A stretch of 62,541 bases of DNA, the filler included, from Sanchytrium tribonematis (taxonomy: Eukaryota), in assembly GCA_018985235.1 (NCBI GenBank). It is 13 parts of 13 records of this genome, joined end to end, with 100 filler letters (N's around TTAATTAATTAA, not from the genome) between each part and the next. Parts side by side here need not be neighbours in the genome. Positions count along the whole stretch, not along the records: positions 27,319 to 49,107 come from JADGIG010000087.1; 12 more parts are not named here. The stretch is one strand, 5' to 3'. How positions within the stretch are numbered: position 1 is the first letter of the stretch; each line of letters starts with the position of its first letter. The notes under the pieces are model-generated. The model ran no database searches and was not told the DNA's origin. It was given only the letters and a program-made list of their open reading frames with translations. Below are positions 32,323 to 44,400 of this stretch, piece after piece. The position numbers were made by a program, and so were the translations under genes.

Positions 32323-32973
32323 ATGGTAGAAATTGATTTTGTAAGTGCCATTGTACCTGTGCTCGTGGAAGATGTCTTAGGTGGTAGACACGCAGGTGCT
32401 ACACATGTTATTGAAGGGCATGGAGTGACGAATATATCCCTATGTGGCAAACTGATTAGGATTGAAGATCAGTTGGGTCAACCATGGTACAAATTGAATG
32501 ACGCTACAGGTAATGTGAAGGTCGCTTACGATATTGATCAAGAGCAGGTGGAGGAATGTGGATGTGCAAAAGTTATTGGAAGTGTGAGAACTGATGCAAA
32601 TGGTGATATATACATTCAAGCTTACACAATTAATGCCTCTAATGACATCAATGCTCTTAGCTGCCATATTTTGGAGAAAAAATTTGCTTTCAAACTGTAT
32701 AAACATGGGTTACCACCAACCTTGAAGGAACAATACAACATGGGTGACATGCTGCCAATCAGTGGCCCAGTTATTCAGCAGGCTCAAAGTGGTGACACAA
32801 AGGAAGCTTTGATTGAATTTTTGCGCAACAACGGCACTAAATCAAATCTTCAACAACTAGAATCCCAGTTCCAAGGAATCGACTTATCAAAGCTGTTGTA
32901 TGAATTGGAAAATGAGGATGGCCTTATATATTCCGGTGGCGAACAAGATAATCCAGAGTACACGTTGTTTTAG
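32323..32973 (+). CDS. RPA2: Replication protein A 32-kDa subunit-like (OB fold + C-terminal winged helix)
   Basis: IVPV, YKLNDATG.V.V, KVIGSVR, DINALSCHILE, L.NEDGLIYS. Confidence 0.75.
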   Translation: MVEIDFVSAIVPVLVEDVLGGRHAGATHVIEGHGVTNISLCGKLIRIEDQLGQPWYKLNDATGNVKVAYDIDQEQVEECGCAKVIGSVRTDANGDIYIQAYTINASNDINALSCHILEKKFAFKLYKHGLPPTLKEQYNMGDMLPISGPVIQQAQSGDTKEALIEFLRNNGTKSNLQQLESQFQGIDLSKLLYELENEDGLIYSGGEQDNPEYTLF

Positions 32974-33003
32974 ATAATAAATTTTAGGATATTTTTTCAG
33001 ACT

Positions 33004-33522
33004 ATGGGGCAAAATGGGATTTATTGTATTTGTGGCGTTAGCGGATGCGGTAAGAGTGCTTTAGGTATTGCCCTAGCTAGAGAATTGAGAATCCAATTCA
33101 TTGATGGTGATGATTATCACACTGATGTCAATAAAGATAAGCTACGAAAGGGAATCCCATTAAGCGATTCTGATCGAATGCCTTGGTTAAAAGAAATCCA
33201 CGAAAAATTACTTTCAAATAAGAGTTGTGTTGTTGCTTGCTCTGCACTTAAAAAGAAATACAGAGAGTATCTTGCCACTGACCTAGAAGGCAAAGTTATA
33301 TTTATATATTCAAAAGTCGATTTTGATATTGTCAAAGAGAGAGTTTCTAAAAGAAGAGGTCACTTTGTGGGAGTTAATTTAGTGGAGTCACAGTTCGCGA
33401 CATTAGAGTCGCCAAAAATCGACGAGTCCGTGAGTTATAAAGTCATAGAAATTGAAAATCACGGCTCGATCAAGGATTTTATTCAACAAGCCAAAGAGAA
33501 GCTATTGTTGACTAGCCAATAA
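33004..33522 (+). CDS. Gluconokinase
   Basis: GVSGCGKS, DGDDYH...N..K...GIPL.D.DR.PWL, ACSALKKKYR, R.GHF, SQFATLE.P. Confidence 0.93.
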   Translation: MGQNGIYCICGVSGCGKSALGIALARELRIQFIDGDDYHTDVNKDKLRKGIPLSDSDRMPWLKEIHEKLLSNKSCVVACSALKKKYREYLATDLEGKVIFIYSKVDFDIVKERVSKRRGHFVGVNLVESQFATLESPKIDESVSYKVIEIENHGSIKDFIQQAKEKLLLTSQ

Positions 33523-34230
33523 AATCGCCAATGCTTGCTCTATGTTATTGTTGGACTGCAATAGTGCTTGTGTGCTTTGTTCTGTACTAAACCCCATATC
33601 TGTCAATTGTCGTAATGCTGAATTATTAGGTTGAGGTACTTGACTTTGGTTTCTGCTTCCCCTGGGTTCTTGTTCAAATCTTCGACCACTTCTGCCGAAA
33701 AAAGTTTCGTCTTTGTAGGTCGTAAATGCCAATTTGTTCAAAACTGAGTCTAACTGGAGAAATAAATTTGATTTTAATTTTAATACCAACTTATTGTATG
33801 TTATAAAGCTCACCAATGGAGCAATGATATAGTATGGGTTTGTGAATACCATTTGTAATGCAAAAGCATACACATACCACTTGTTTGTAAAAGGAATAGG
33901 ACCAAATTTAGTTAAATGAGAATAAGGAATCATAGAATAATATGGACCAATAGTCGATAGCGACCACAACGCGAGATTTGGAGCACCACCTATATAGTAA
34001 ATAAGTAGTCCGGATCCCAAAGTATTCACAGTTTGCAAAATTGTGAATTTTGCAGGTCCAATAAATTTTTCCACATGGCGGGTATTGTAAAGGATGAGCG
34101 ATCCCAAGATCCAGTCAAAGGTGCTGGTGTAGAAAAAGGACATATCTTTTTTAGTAACAGAGTTCCAATAACTAAGAACAGACCCTATAATCAATACTAG
34201 CTTAAGTGATGGAGAATTCGAAAAAATCAT
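33502..34230 (-). CDS. DSC2: Rhomboid-like pseudoprotease + UBA domain (Dsc2/UBAC2 type)
   Basis: F.NSP..K, LY..R..E..IG..KF, KWYVYAFALQ, C-terminal L.DMGF...AL....NN.E.A...L. Confidence 0.75.
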   Translation of the reverse strand: MIFSNSPSLKLVLIIGSVLSYWNSVTKKDMSFFYTSTFDWILGSLILYNTRHVEKFIGPAKFTILQTVNTLGSGLLIYYIGGAPNLALWSLSTIGPYYSMIPYSHLTKFGPIPFTNKWYVYAFALQMVFTNPYYIIAPLVSFITYNKLVLKLKSNLFLQLDSVLNKLAFTTYKDETFFGRSGRRFEQEPRGSRNQSQVPQPNNSALRQLTDMGFSTEQSTQALLQSNNNIEQALAILLASQQ

Positions 34231-34277
34231 TTTATTTCAAAGGGGTAAAGACTGCCCAAAGTACTATTTACTAGGTT

Positions 34278-34928
34278 TTAAACGGAAGAAGATTCGCTCT
34301 TTTCCTCTTTTTTCTCTTCTTCTTTATTGCAGTCTTCAGGGATAGGACCTGTTGGTTCGGGTAATTCAACGTAACCGATAAAAGTGTACTCTTTGTGTTT
34401 CTCATAAAACGAAACCCAGCTGTCTATACTTTTCATTTGATCTTCTGTGACACCTCTTAGATCGTGGGTTAAATGGTCTTTAAAACAGCCTGTACCATAT
34501 GCCCTTGAGGCATCCTTTGCAGCAAAAAATTTATACCCGCCTTCTGGACCATATGATTTGGGTTTCGAGCTGACATCATAGACTTTACCTTTAATCGCTA
34601 AATAAATCGGCTTATCGTTGGTACCGTCGAAAGCTGCTAATTCTTCGATTGTAAATTGTCTTAATTGGGGTGGAGAGTCAAAATACAACTTTTTAATATC
34701 ATTAAAATCTGGAAATTTGTAATGGAAAAATATCGTTTCCGTTGTTAAATAAGATATAATGGAACTTAATAATATACCGACCAAAATGAAATGAAAAATA
34801 TCTCGAAGTCCAATTGGCTTAAAGAGAAGCTTTTGTTGCGATTTCTTGGTAGTGGAGCTTTTTTCCGTGGCTCGAACTTGCTGAAGTGATTCTTTGCTTT
34901 TCTTTCCTTTTCTTGAACGCAGTTCCAT
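34278..34928 (-). CDS. Membrane-associated cytochrome b5-like heme/steroid-binding protein (MAPR family)
   Basis: TM helix; FT.EELA.FDG, IYLAIKGKVYDVS, YGP.GGY.FFAAKDASRA. Confidence 0.9.
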   Translation of the reverse strand: MELRSRKGKKSKESLQQVRATEKSSTTKKSQQKLLFKPIGLRDIFHFILVGILLSSIISYLTTETIFFHYKFPDFNDIKKLYFDSPPQLRQFTIEELAAFDGTNDKPIYLAIKGKVYDVSSKPKSYGPEGGYKFFAAKDASRAYGTGCFKDHLTHDLRGVTEDQMKSIDSWVSFYEKHKEYTFIGYVELPEPTGPIPEDCNKEEEKKEEKSESSSV

Positions 34929-35079
34929 GTATCAAGTTTACCCCAACTGACTATAATTAATAGAGTGGAATTAATTCTATCATAGGCCTAGGGTTTACAT
35001 GAAAACAGATCAACGAAAATAAAGGTCCGTCGAGCCCTTATTCAAGTACAATTACCAATATTGCCCCATAAAACGTTTA

Positions 35080-35934
35080 ATGGATCGAATCCAGAATACA
35101 GCTCAAAATTTAGGGTGGCTAACATCTTCTAAAGATGAAAATTTTAAGCAGGATTTTCTGCTTTTTGGGAATGTCTCAGCAGCGGAAAAAAATATTATTG
35201 AAGGACCATACGAAATCGCAAAAAATGTTTCTTCTAGAGGAGATAGCCAAGAATGGCTAAGCTCATTAGTGTATCAATCCCAAAATAAGTATCGACTCGA
35301 TAGATCTGCAGATCTATGCGGGATGAAATATGACGGAAAATATTCTTCATTCAAAGTTTTTATCAACAGCGTTATTTTAGCATTTAATAACAACGACGAT
35401 ATGATGCTATATGTAAAAATATCAAATTTGTTAGCTGCCCTATATGCTGAGAAGGATAGTATTTCTGACTATGAAGAATTCTTAAAAATTTGGAATCAAC
35501 TTCTTAAATCTACAAAAAATCGTGTCAAATTTGCAACATTAATGAAAAACAATGATTTGGTATCAGACATGTTAGAAATTTCTATTATGGAACAGCTTAA
35601 AACTGACATAAAAAAGGAGCGGCTGTCTAAATCTCATTATTTTCAAATCAGCAATTCCACGACAATTGAAGACTGGGTGGTTCATTTTTTTGAATCTGCT
35701 GTAGCATTCTCATCACTCGATATGGCTGATCCATCCCTGGATCATGCCATAAACCAAATATTTACCATAAAGACTAAAACTAAAAAGTCAAAACTTTTCG
35801 TTAATTTATATAAAAGATTTTCGAACCCGCGGCTAGACTTGAAACATCTACTCTGTTGCTATATTGGGCTTCAAGTAAGAATTGGAAAGTCAACTGTTTA
35901 TGATGAAGAATATAAAGCTGTACAATTTGAATAA
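35080..35934 (+). CDS. Hypothetical protein
   Basis: 284-aa ATG ORF filling the intergenic space; stop inside AATAAA. Confidence 0.6.
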   Translation: MDRIQNTAQNLGWLTSSKDENFKQDFLLFGNVSAAEKNIIEGPYEIAKNVSSRGDSQEWLSSLVYQSQNKYRLDRSADLCGMKYDGKYSSFKVFINSVILAFNNNDDMMLYVKISNLLAALYAEKDSISDYEEFLKIWNQLLKSTKNRVKFATLMKNNDLVSDMLEISIMEQLKTDIKKERLSKSHYFQISNSTTIEDWVVHFFESAVAFSSLDMADPSLDHAINQIFTIKTKTKKSKLFVNLYKRFSNPRLDLKHLLCCYIGLQVRIGKSTVYDEEYKAVQFE

Positions 35935-35944
35935 ACTCCTTGAA

Positions 35945-37282
35945 ATGTCTTTTTCTTCTGGACTACAATTAGCACAATTAAACGACTATTTGCAACCCGC
36001 AACCGCATGCATACAACCTGCGGAAGAGCAACACCAGCTTTCCTTAGACGATTGCTTGGCTTGCAGTGGCTGTATTACTAGCGCAGAATCAATGTTAGTT
36101 AACATGCAAACAGAAGAAGAATTGCTTGAGAATTTAAAGGGAAAAGATGAAATATATTGCATCATTTCAACTCAGACAGTTTTGGCAATATCAAAGCATT
36201 ACAATACTGATGTTCAAGAAACGTGGACACGTTTAAATTACTTTGTCACTGAAAAAATAAAAGGTAAAGTTAGGCACATTAATGATGGTCGAATGCTATC
36301 ACTTCAACTCACCGCTCAAGAATTTGTGCAAAAATATAGGGAAAAAATGGATTCAGGTAAATTGCCAAAAGGGAAAGTTTCGGATGAAATACTTAAACAG
36401 CATTTCTCGGGTCGCTCGTGCCCTTTGTTTGTTACTTCCTGTCCTGGATGGGTGTGTTATGCAGAGAAAACGCATCCATATTTAATCCCTCTGCTTTCAA
36501 AGACTAAGTCTCCTCAGCAACTCTCCGGTATTCTTTGTAAGCACGCTGATGCAATAGAATCTTCAAGTGCATACGTGTTTTGTGTGATGCCTTGCTATGA
36601 CAAAAAAATTGAAGCAGCAAGATCCTCTAATAGCATCAATGGTGTAAAAGATGTTGATTTGGTTTTGACGACTGCCGAATTTATTCGATTAATGGAAAAA
36701 CTTCAATTTAAGTTTCTAGACAAAGAATCTCCGAACATAGCCACTCCATTATACCGAACTCTTGGTCAGGGGTCGGGTGGCTATGCAGAGTTCGTATTTC
36801 TTTATAGTTTGCAAAATTTGTTTAATATACCAATTAAATCACTTGTCCATGATTTCAGGTATGAGAAATATCGAATCTCCATCTCTGAAAAGAAAGGTGT
36901 GGATTTAAGAGAGTTTGAATTATTTGAAAATGAAAATTGTGTGCTCAAGGTTATTGCAGCTTTTGGTTTTAGACATATTCAAAATATAGTTCGCAGCCTT
37001 AAGAGAAGAGGTGAGTGTGATTGCCATTTTTACGAGGTCATGGCTTGTCCAGGTGGCTGCTTGAATGGGGGTGGTCAAGTTAATTTGGTGGGACAAAAGT
37101 CTAAATTATCACCAAATGAGTCCAAATTATGGATTAAGGAAATGATTCTGAAATATCAGCGCCTTGAAGAAACCGCAATCATATCGAAAGATATTGACAT
37201 TGATCACCGTCACTTCTTGACAGAATTCATGACAATTGCTTCAAGAGAAGTCAATGCGATGAATGTCGTAAATTCTTGGTGA
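35945..37282 (+). CDS. NAR1: Cytosolic Fe-S assembly factor (hydrogenase-like)
   Basis: LNDY..P..ACI.P, SLDDCLACSGCITSAE, SCPGWVCYAEK, MPCYDKK.EA, EVMACPGGCLNGGGQ, terminal W. Confidence 0.95.
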   Translation: MSFSSGLQLAQLNDYLQPATACIQPAEEQHQLSLDDCLACSGCITSAESMLVNMQTEEELLENLKGKDEIYCIISTQTVLAISKHYNTDVQETWTRLNYFVTEKIKGKVRHINDGRMLSLQLTAQEFVQKYREKMDSGKLPKGKVSDEILKQHFSGRSCPLFVTSCPGWVCYAEKTHPYLIPLLSKTKSPQQLSGILCKHADAIESSSAYVFCVMPCYDKKIEAARSSNSINGVKDVDLVLTTAEFIRLMEKLQFKFLDKESPNIATPLYRTLGQGSGGYAEFVFLYSLQNLFNIPIKSLVHDFRYEKYRISISEKKGVDLREFELFENENCVLKVIAAFGFRHIQNIVRSLKRRGECDCHFYEVMACPGGCLNGGGQVNLVGQKSKLSPNESKLWIKEMILKYQRLEETAIISKDIDIDHRHFLTEFMTIASREVNAMNVVNSW

Positions 37283-37286
37283 TCCC

Positions 37287-38261
37287 TCAATTTATTAAAT
37301 TTATAAGTTCTTTTAGTTCATTTTTTTCCTCCAACGTTAATTTGGCTGATTGTATGTCACTTTTGAATTTTTTAATTTTCAAAAGCATAATATTTTCATC
37401 AATCTGAGGCATTTCAACGTATAGGTGGAATCCGTTGGGTAAGATGCTTATCTCTTTCATTTCAAAAATTGGAGGGTCGCTATTGTAGCTATAAGCAGTT
37501 TTACAGTTGGATTTGTTTTTATCCGACATATTGGCAGTATATTGCTTCGCCGTCTCAGAATATTTCATATAGAAAAGTGTATTGCATATATAAAGGCACT
37601 CTTCAATATAGTTGGCAGGTTCAAACTTTGAATGGTTTTCGACGAATACATTCCAAGTGTTTGTCAAGTATTTAATACAAGGCTTCTTGGCCAAATATTC
37701 CATCGAGCCAGCTCCAAATTGATGTTCCATGTGAATCTGCCTTGTGTAAAACTTTTTAGAAAAAGCATCATCTAGGTAGGATCTAGAATTACTTTTCGAA
37801 TGTCCAATCAAGCAGAGCAGACGATGGTAGCGATAATTGTTTTTAGTTTCAGCGAATTTCACCACTAAATCCCTAAATTTAGAAAATTGACAAGCCTTTG
37901 AAAGGAGTATATTAAACAGACTGAAATAAGGTTCTTTAATGCACTGAAAGATATAAAACAGTTTTTTAGGAAATTTTTGCATGAATTTCAATATATTTGT
38001 CAAATCTTGCTTTTTAAAATTAAGGAGAATGAAATGCCATATCTTGATAGATTTCTCGTCTGGTAGCAATTCAAGATACATTAGAAGAAATGGAATATTA
38101 GTGTAACTAAAGTATAATCCTTTCATCAATAATTTCTTTTCCTCGACTGAAATATCAGCGGATTTGACCAATTTTATCATTTGAATATACTGTTTTGGCG
38201 GTATATACATTTGCTTGAAGTCTCCGTTTTCAATAAAAGTAGATGTGACAAATGCGATCAT
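37287..38261 (-). CDS. Hypothetical helical protein (start uncertain)
   Basis: Long ORF converging on NAR1; no recognisable motif. Confidence 0.5.
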   Translation of the reverse strand: MIAFVTSTFIENGDFKQMYIPPKQYIQMIKLVKSADISVEEKKLLMKGLYFSYTNIPFLLMYLELLPDEKSIKIWHFILLNFKKQDLTNILKFMQKFPKKLFYIFQCIKEPYFSLFNILLSKACQFSKFRDLVVKFAETKNNYRYHRLLCLIGHSKSNSRSYLDDAFSKKFYTRQIHMEHQFGAGSMEYLAKKPCIKYLTNTWNVFVENHSKFEPANYIEECLYICNTLFYMKYSETAKQYTANMSDKNKSNCKTAYSYNSDPPIFEMKEISILPNGFHLYVEMPQIDENIMLLKIKKFKSDIQSAKLTLEEKNELKELINLIN

Positions 38262-38417
38262 TTGTAACAAGGAATTGAAATAGCCTTGACTTGGTTTGTA
38301 ATTTCCAAATGTATGAAAATCATTAGTGATTCAACAACTTGGTGACAAGCTAATATCAGATTTTTGTACACTCTAAGGTGACAATTTGCCCAAAAAATCT
38401 CCATTGTTACACAACAC

Positions 38418-41400
38418 ATGTATCTTCGACTACACTGGACGAATATTTTAATAGCAGCAATAGCCGGCATCCTTCTGTTTTGGTCTTTCATTGTTCCATT
38501 AATAATACGATACTTGGTGCAGACCATACAATACGACGCCACCATCAATAAGATCAAAGTCGATGTTGATGAAATTGTCCAGTATCAAGCAGATATCAGT
38601 GTTGGATTAAAAATACCCACTGATGTTACCGTTTTTGTAAATACATTAAACATTAATAATTTAATACAGTTGAATGTTAACGAAAATATTCATGTTGAAA
38701 ATGCAAATCGTTGGCAGCTAAGTGGCAACGCCAAATTGAATCCAGATGCAATTAAAACCCTTTTAAATACAAAAGACATTGGGGATATCAACATCAATGC
38801 TGCAATGGGAATATCAAAATATATAAAATTTTACGATTATTTGTGGATCGAAAGAACTGATAAATTACCTCAAATAGATTACACTAAGGTTTTAAAAAAC
38901 CTACGGTGGTCTCTCTCTGGGCTATCTGTAGACGTTACAAGCTCTGGATTTAATATTATCGCTGATGTTGATTTAAATAATCCTATTCCAATTGAAATCT
39001 ACATTCAATTAGCCACGCTTGATATTTATCTGGGAAAATTAAAATTGGGACGAGGTGGAGTTAAAAATCTAGTGATTAATGAGAAAATAACTTCTGTCAA
39101 TGCGTTTTTAAATTTAAGAGATTCATGGGCAGAGGTTCGTGAGTATTTATCAAATGAGTCGAATGCTATTAATTTATTGGACAATGCCACTCTTTCTGGA
39201 CCTATCAATTTGTACAAAAATGATCGTATGATAAATTGGTTGGAAGCTGCGACTTCAGATCTTCAAATCAGTTTTGGTTTGAAAGATTTTTTAAAAGTAT
39301 TTTTGACCGGATTTTTTAACATTAAAAACTTTTTAAAAACCGTGGAAGTTACGGTTAGCAACACAGGTAAATATTTGAATGTTCATATTGCCTTCCCTTT
39401 TGATGTTGAGCATATTCATGAATTTCATTTGTCAAAAAATCTAAAATTTAATGTATTTCACAAGTCACTCAAAATTGCCTCCGTAGAAGCTGACCCTGAC
39501 TTGACAAATAATCGAGTGAACCTTGATCTAAATATGGAATTTTTCAACTTTGAGAAGCTTAATGACGTCATTTATGACTACCTTATATTAAACAAGATAA
39601 ATAGCGAAGAATTATTGAACAACATTTATATAGGAGAAGTACAGTTTTCTCGGAGAGATTGTGAGTGGTGCCATTTAATGCTAAAAGATTTTCGACTTAG
39701 TTTGGATTTTCTATCAGGATTAGATAACTCACCAATATTTGACCAAGTCATAGAAATTATTCAAAACCTTATCCAGATCAAGAACATAAATTCAATTCAA
39801 AGTCAATCTTACTCAGGTTTTGATGCAGTCGCTCATGTAAAATTATCCAACGCCTTCAAGAAATTGAATATCCATCTTGATGATGTTTTTATCGCAATAA
39901 AGCACAAATACGAATTTGTGCAACTTAAGATTAAGAAACTATCAGTCAACTCGGGTTGGAACAGTATACCTTGCATCGTACCATTTTTGCACACTTCCAA
40001 GGATTTTGCGGACTTAGTCCATTCGCTGCTTTATTTAAAAGCACCGATTATTTTCATAAGTTCATTAAAGCTGGGATTGGTAGATCTGAGTGTAGACATT
40101 CCAATAGATTTAAGTTGGTTCTTTCCAGATCCCGTGACTTTACATGATTATGTTACTTTTAACATTAGTTCTATTGATTTGAATATGAACATATACAACT
40201 CATTTTCAGCAATCATTTCTTTAAAATTATTTAGTCGTATTCCTTTGCATGTTAAGACCAACGACATATCGGTGGCCCTTAGTTTGAACGAAGATTCTAT
40301 GTTCGATGTTAAACTGTCCTCATTGGATATGCCGATCGGTAACTCGGATTTCAAATTCAAGTCTTTAGTTACTTTTGGGAACACATCAATCGAAAAAGCA
40401 AGCAATTATGTGGACGGGATTGTTTATAATTACGAACCTAATTACGATCTGGCATTAAGAAATTTGTACCTAATGGGTGGCTCGCCTATAGACTTATTTA
40501 AGGACGTGAACTTACCCTACAAACTTATGGATGCCGTTCACGGATCGTCTGTTGTATCGGCTGCCAAACTTATCACCCCGACACAAGATTTCGAAATTTC
40601 AGTTAAAAAAGCGTATGTGCGTGCATTGCCCAACAGCTTGTTGGGTGTTCAAATTGCGATTGAAGCATTAAATCCGATTCCGGTGAAATTGTTTATTCCA
40701 AATGTGAAATTTGAATTAGGAATTGGGGATATCACTATCATGTCTGGCACTGTACATTCATTCGATATGCAAAGAAATGAGTTTCTATTTGAGGCAGACA
40801 TATCCGTGAAGTTTAACAACGAATTGAACACTCAAAATGTATTAGCACAATTTATGGAACGTGCCCTTGATCCAGAATCAGTTGAAAATTTGCCAGTCTG
40901 GGTGAACGGAATAGGAATGGCACCCTCAGATAAACATTACACAGTAATCTTGACGGCTTTAAAAGTCTATTTTAAGAGATTTCTCACCTACTCGTCTGCG
41001 CAATTAGTGACTTATTTGAAACGAACTGTGATTAATCTGAAGTCACTAGCCGTTACTCTGAGCAACAACTTAGTTGTTGATTTGGATATCGGGCTTTCAC
41101 TTCCATTTGATTTTAAAATTGATGTTAATTTTATATCTTTGAATGTGTTGCTAGATTCCGCTAAAGTAATTTCGGTTGTTCTAGAAAACGTGAAACTCTC
41201 TAGTAGTAATGGTAAATTGCATTTGATTGTCGACTTTTTTGATGTACCAGAGATCAAAAACATTTTTAATGATCCATTAATTACGATTTGTGGATTAGTA
41301 ATTGGACATTCATCTACTGATGTTATCTTGGCCTTGCAGAAAATCAATATAGGGAGCAGAGCTAGTGTTTTTTCGAATGTTATCAGACTTCCGCAACTCA

Positions 41401-44400
41401 TCGTGCCAGAACTGAAGATCAACGACGTTGATCTTCGAATGGCTAGTGGTGGGAATTTTGACTTATCTTTGGACCTAAATTTGAATTTAAATATTGATGT
41501 GTCAATTATTATACCTTCTATACACCTGATTTTTATGCTTAATCAAGATAGAGTGATTAAATTGGAAATTAGCCATTTTATGCTAAATGCAGGTAAGTTA
41601 TCAAAATTGCAAATTCATGGTGAATTTATAAATGAGGCGCATGGAGATTTTCATCTTTTTAAAAGCTTGCCGGGTTCAATTGGAATAACAGATCTAATAT
41701 TGAAAAGTTCAACTAAAATTGTCACTGGTTTAAAATTTCTGGATATTCATGTGCCTTTATTTTTAATTCAATACCTCAAAGTAGTTCTAAATTGGAAACC
41801 AGAATTTTCATTAGATCATGTCGAAGTTACATCAATACCCAAGGGACTGATAATCAAACCTAGCGCAAAGTTTGTCTCTATGTTTAAGGTGTTTATACCA
41901 TTTGCATCTGCCGCATTAAAAATTGCAGGAGAACCATTTGTAAATGTAGAAATTGACAATATTTTAAAAGATAATCTCATCTTGAAAATAGTGTTTTTCG
42001 AAGACATTGGGAAACACAATGCCATTCAAGAATTTTTGACCAATGGGCGCGATCTTCAGCTGTCATTATCAGATATTGAGTTTGGCACTAGGCTTCATCG
42101 ATCGAAAACTTTAAGGCAACTTCGATTCTTTGCAGATATTAATGGGGATATTTTATTGAAATTAGCTTCAATAGTTGCGCAATACATTCCTAAAAATCTC
42201 TTAAATACTATAGGATTAAAATCTTTTAAACTGCACCAAAATCAAAAAAGTCTTTTAGGCTCACTTGAAATATATCATCCTTGGCTCAAAATTGTTAATC
42301 TTAATTTCCTTGATTTCAAATTATCGTTAGGCCAAAATCTAAAGATGTTAGACTTAGCTTCAAACCTCAAGTTGGAAAAAAACCTTGACATTCATTATAG
42401 TCTCGATTTTTTTGACGAATTGGAAAGCCAAAAGGCTTGGAATAATTTATTCGAAAATAGATATTTGGAAATTGATTCAATTGAACTAAATGGTGTCAGA
42501 ATACTGAGCTCGATTAGTTTTACGATACCGACGTTCAACATTCCTCAGTTACCAGTGCCCCAAATAGATTTACAAAGGTTTAAAATTAATACTTTTCATA
42601 TTGATGACAATGTGTTTATCAACTTTGAGTACAGCATTGAAAATTTTACTATCGAACTCGATAAATTATCAGTGGGCGTCTTAGTCGATGATGCTCTTAT
42701 TTTGAATTCCTTCCTGTCATTGAGCCATCCAGTCGATTTGGAAGTCGCATTTGTGGATTCAGACATTGCACAACAACGGGTGGCAAAACTAGTAGACTGC
42801 TTGTTGCACAAGGATTGCGAAAAATATAAATTTGGCTTACGCAATCTAGTCATTGGAGATATTCGCGCACTTCAGTTATGTGAAATCAACATCAACCTTG
42901 GCCTTGACTTTACATACCCAATATTAGACCATCTGCTCTCTAAACTTTCAAATTTTGTGCGCAAACTTCACTTGAAGTTTATGGAAGAAACGTTGATTGT
43001 TAATGAGATGACTACATTTGTTTCGTTTAAATTAGATTTTCCATTTTCTGTTTCGATTCCCCACGTGCGACTTGATTTGTTTTCTAATGTGAAGCTGATG
43101 GCTGTCACCGCATCTTTGCATGAAAGTTTAACAATTGACGCCCAAGTGTTTTTTGAAAACAACGAAAATTCAATTCGAGATGTTGCTAATATTTTTTCAA
43201 ATCCCCAAGCAGTTTTATTATTTATACAAAATTTGGAGTTCGGAAATTCTAAACTAATATCTATTTTCAAACAATCATTAATTCCAATTCCCTTATCTCA
43301 TTTAAATATTCCTAAAATTACTTATCCTAAATTTGAGAAAGTGAAATTTTCATCGTTGTCGCTCACACAATCTAATGATTTTAATATACATGCATACTTT
43401 GATTTTCATGGTTTTGGACTCAACTTTAATTTTTCAAATATTAATTTAAACTTTAGACTTGACAAAAAAGAAGTTATGGCAGTCTCAATTTCTAAGCTTA
43501 CAAATAGAGAAATCGAGCTTGATGTTAGATTTTTAGACTTCATTAGCCAAGATATGTTAGATTTGAATTTTATTGGCATTTCAAATTTAGTTTTTGCCGA
43601 CAATTCCATATTATCGGCGGTCACCCTAGATTTAAAAAATGAATACTCTATAATAGATATCTGGAACAAATTTGGCAAAACAGCAGGCGATTTTAAATAC
43701 ATATTTGGGCATACCAGTATCACTGTAGATAATCAAGACAATCCACTTGAATTAAAAAGCAGTGGATCTTTTCAATCAGCATTTCCCAATGTAAACTTAA
43801 AAAATGTTGGTGTGAATGTACAGATTTCTAATCACTTATTTGGATCATTCAATGTCAACAACATTGATTCAAATGGCTCAGATTTTTATCTGGCTTTACG
43901 AGGAAACTTGTACAATCACCCTTCTATTGAAAAATCTATTAGAGAAATATATCTAAATGTTCTAAATCACAAAACGCTTCCTGATATCAATATTGGATTT
44001 TCAGATTTAAATATTGGTAACATGCCATATTTGTCACGACTTCTTATCGAAATTCCGATTCGGCATCTATTTCCCAAAAATGCCGAACTCCAAATTCCAA
44101 AAATAAGCAATGTGGGTTTAGAAGACATTCAATTAAACATTGTTGATAATAACAAATTAGATTTGGATGTGAAAGTCAATTTGGTGAATCCTTTTAATGC
44201 TAGTCTCAATATTGACAAAGCTGTGGCCAATCTTTACTTAGGCAATGATTTATTTACAATAGCCGAAGTTAGGCACTTGGAGATAGGTCCGGGTGAAACG
44301 TCTATTCCGCTTCATGTGTTATGCTCTTTTGAAGATTCCGAAAGCATAGGCAGTCATATCTCTAATATTGTCCATCGGATCTTATATAATGATAATATTG

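Noticed and set aside
27319..37282. MRE11, RPA2 and NAR1 as a DNA-repair gene cluster
   Set aside because: Interspersed with unrelated housekeeping genes in a uniformly dense contig; proximity is expected by chance
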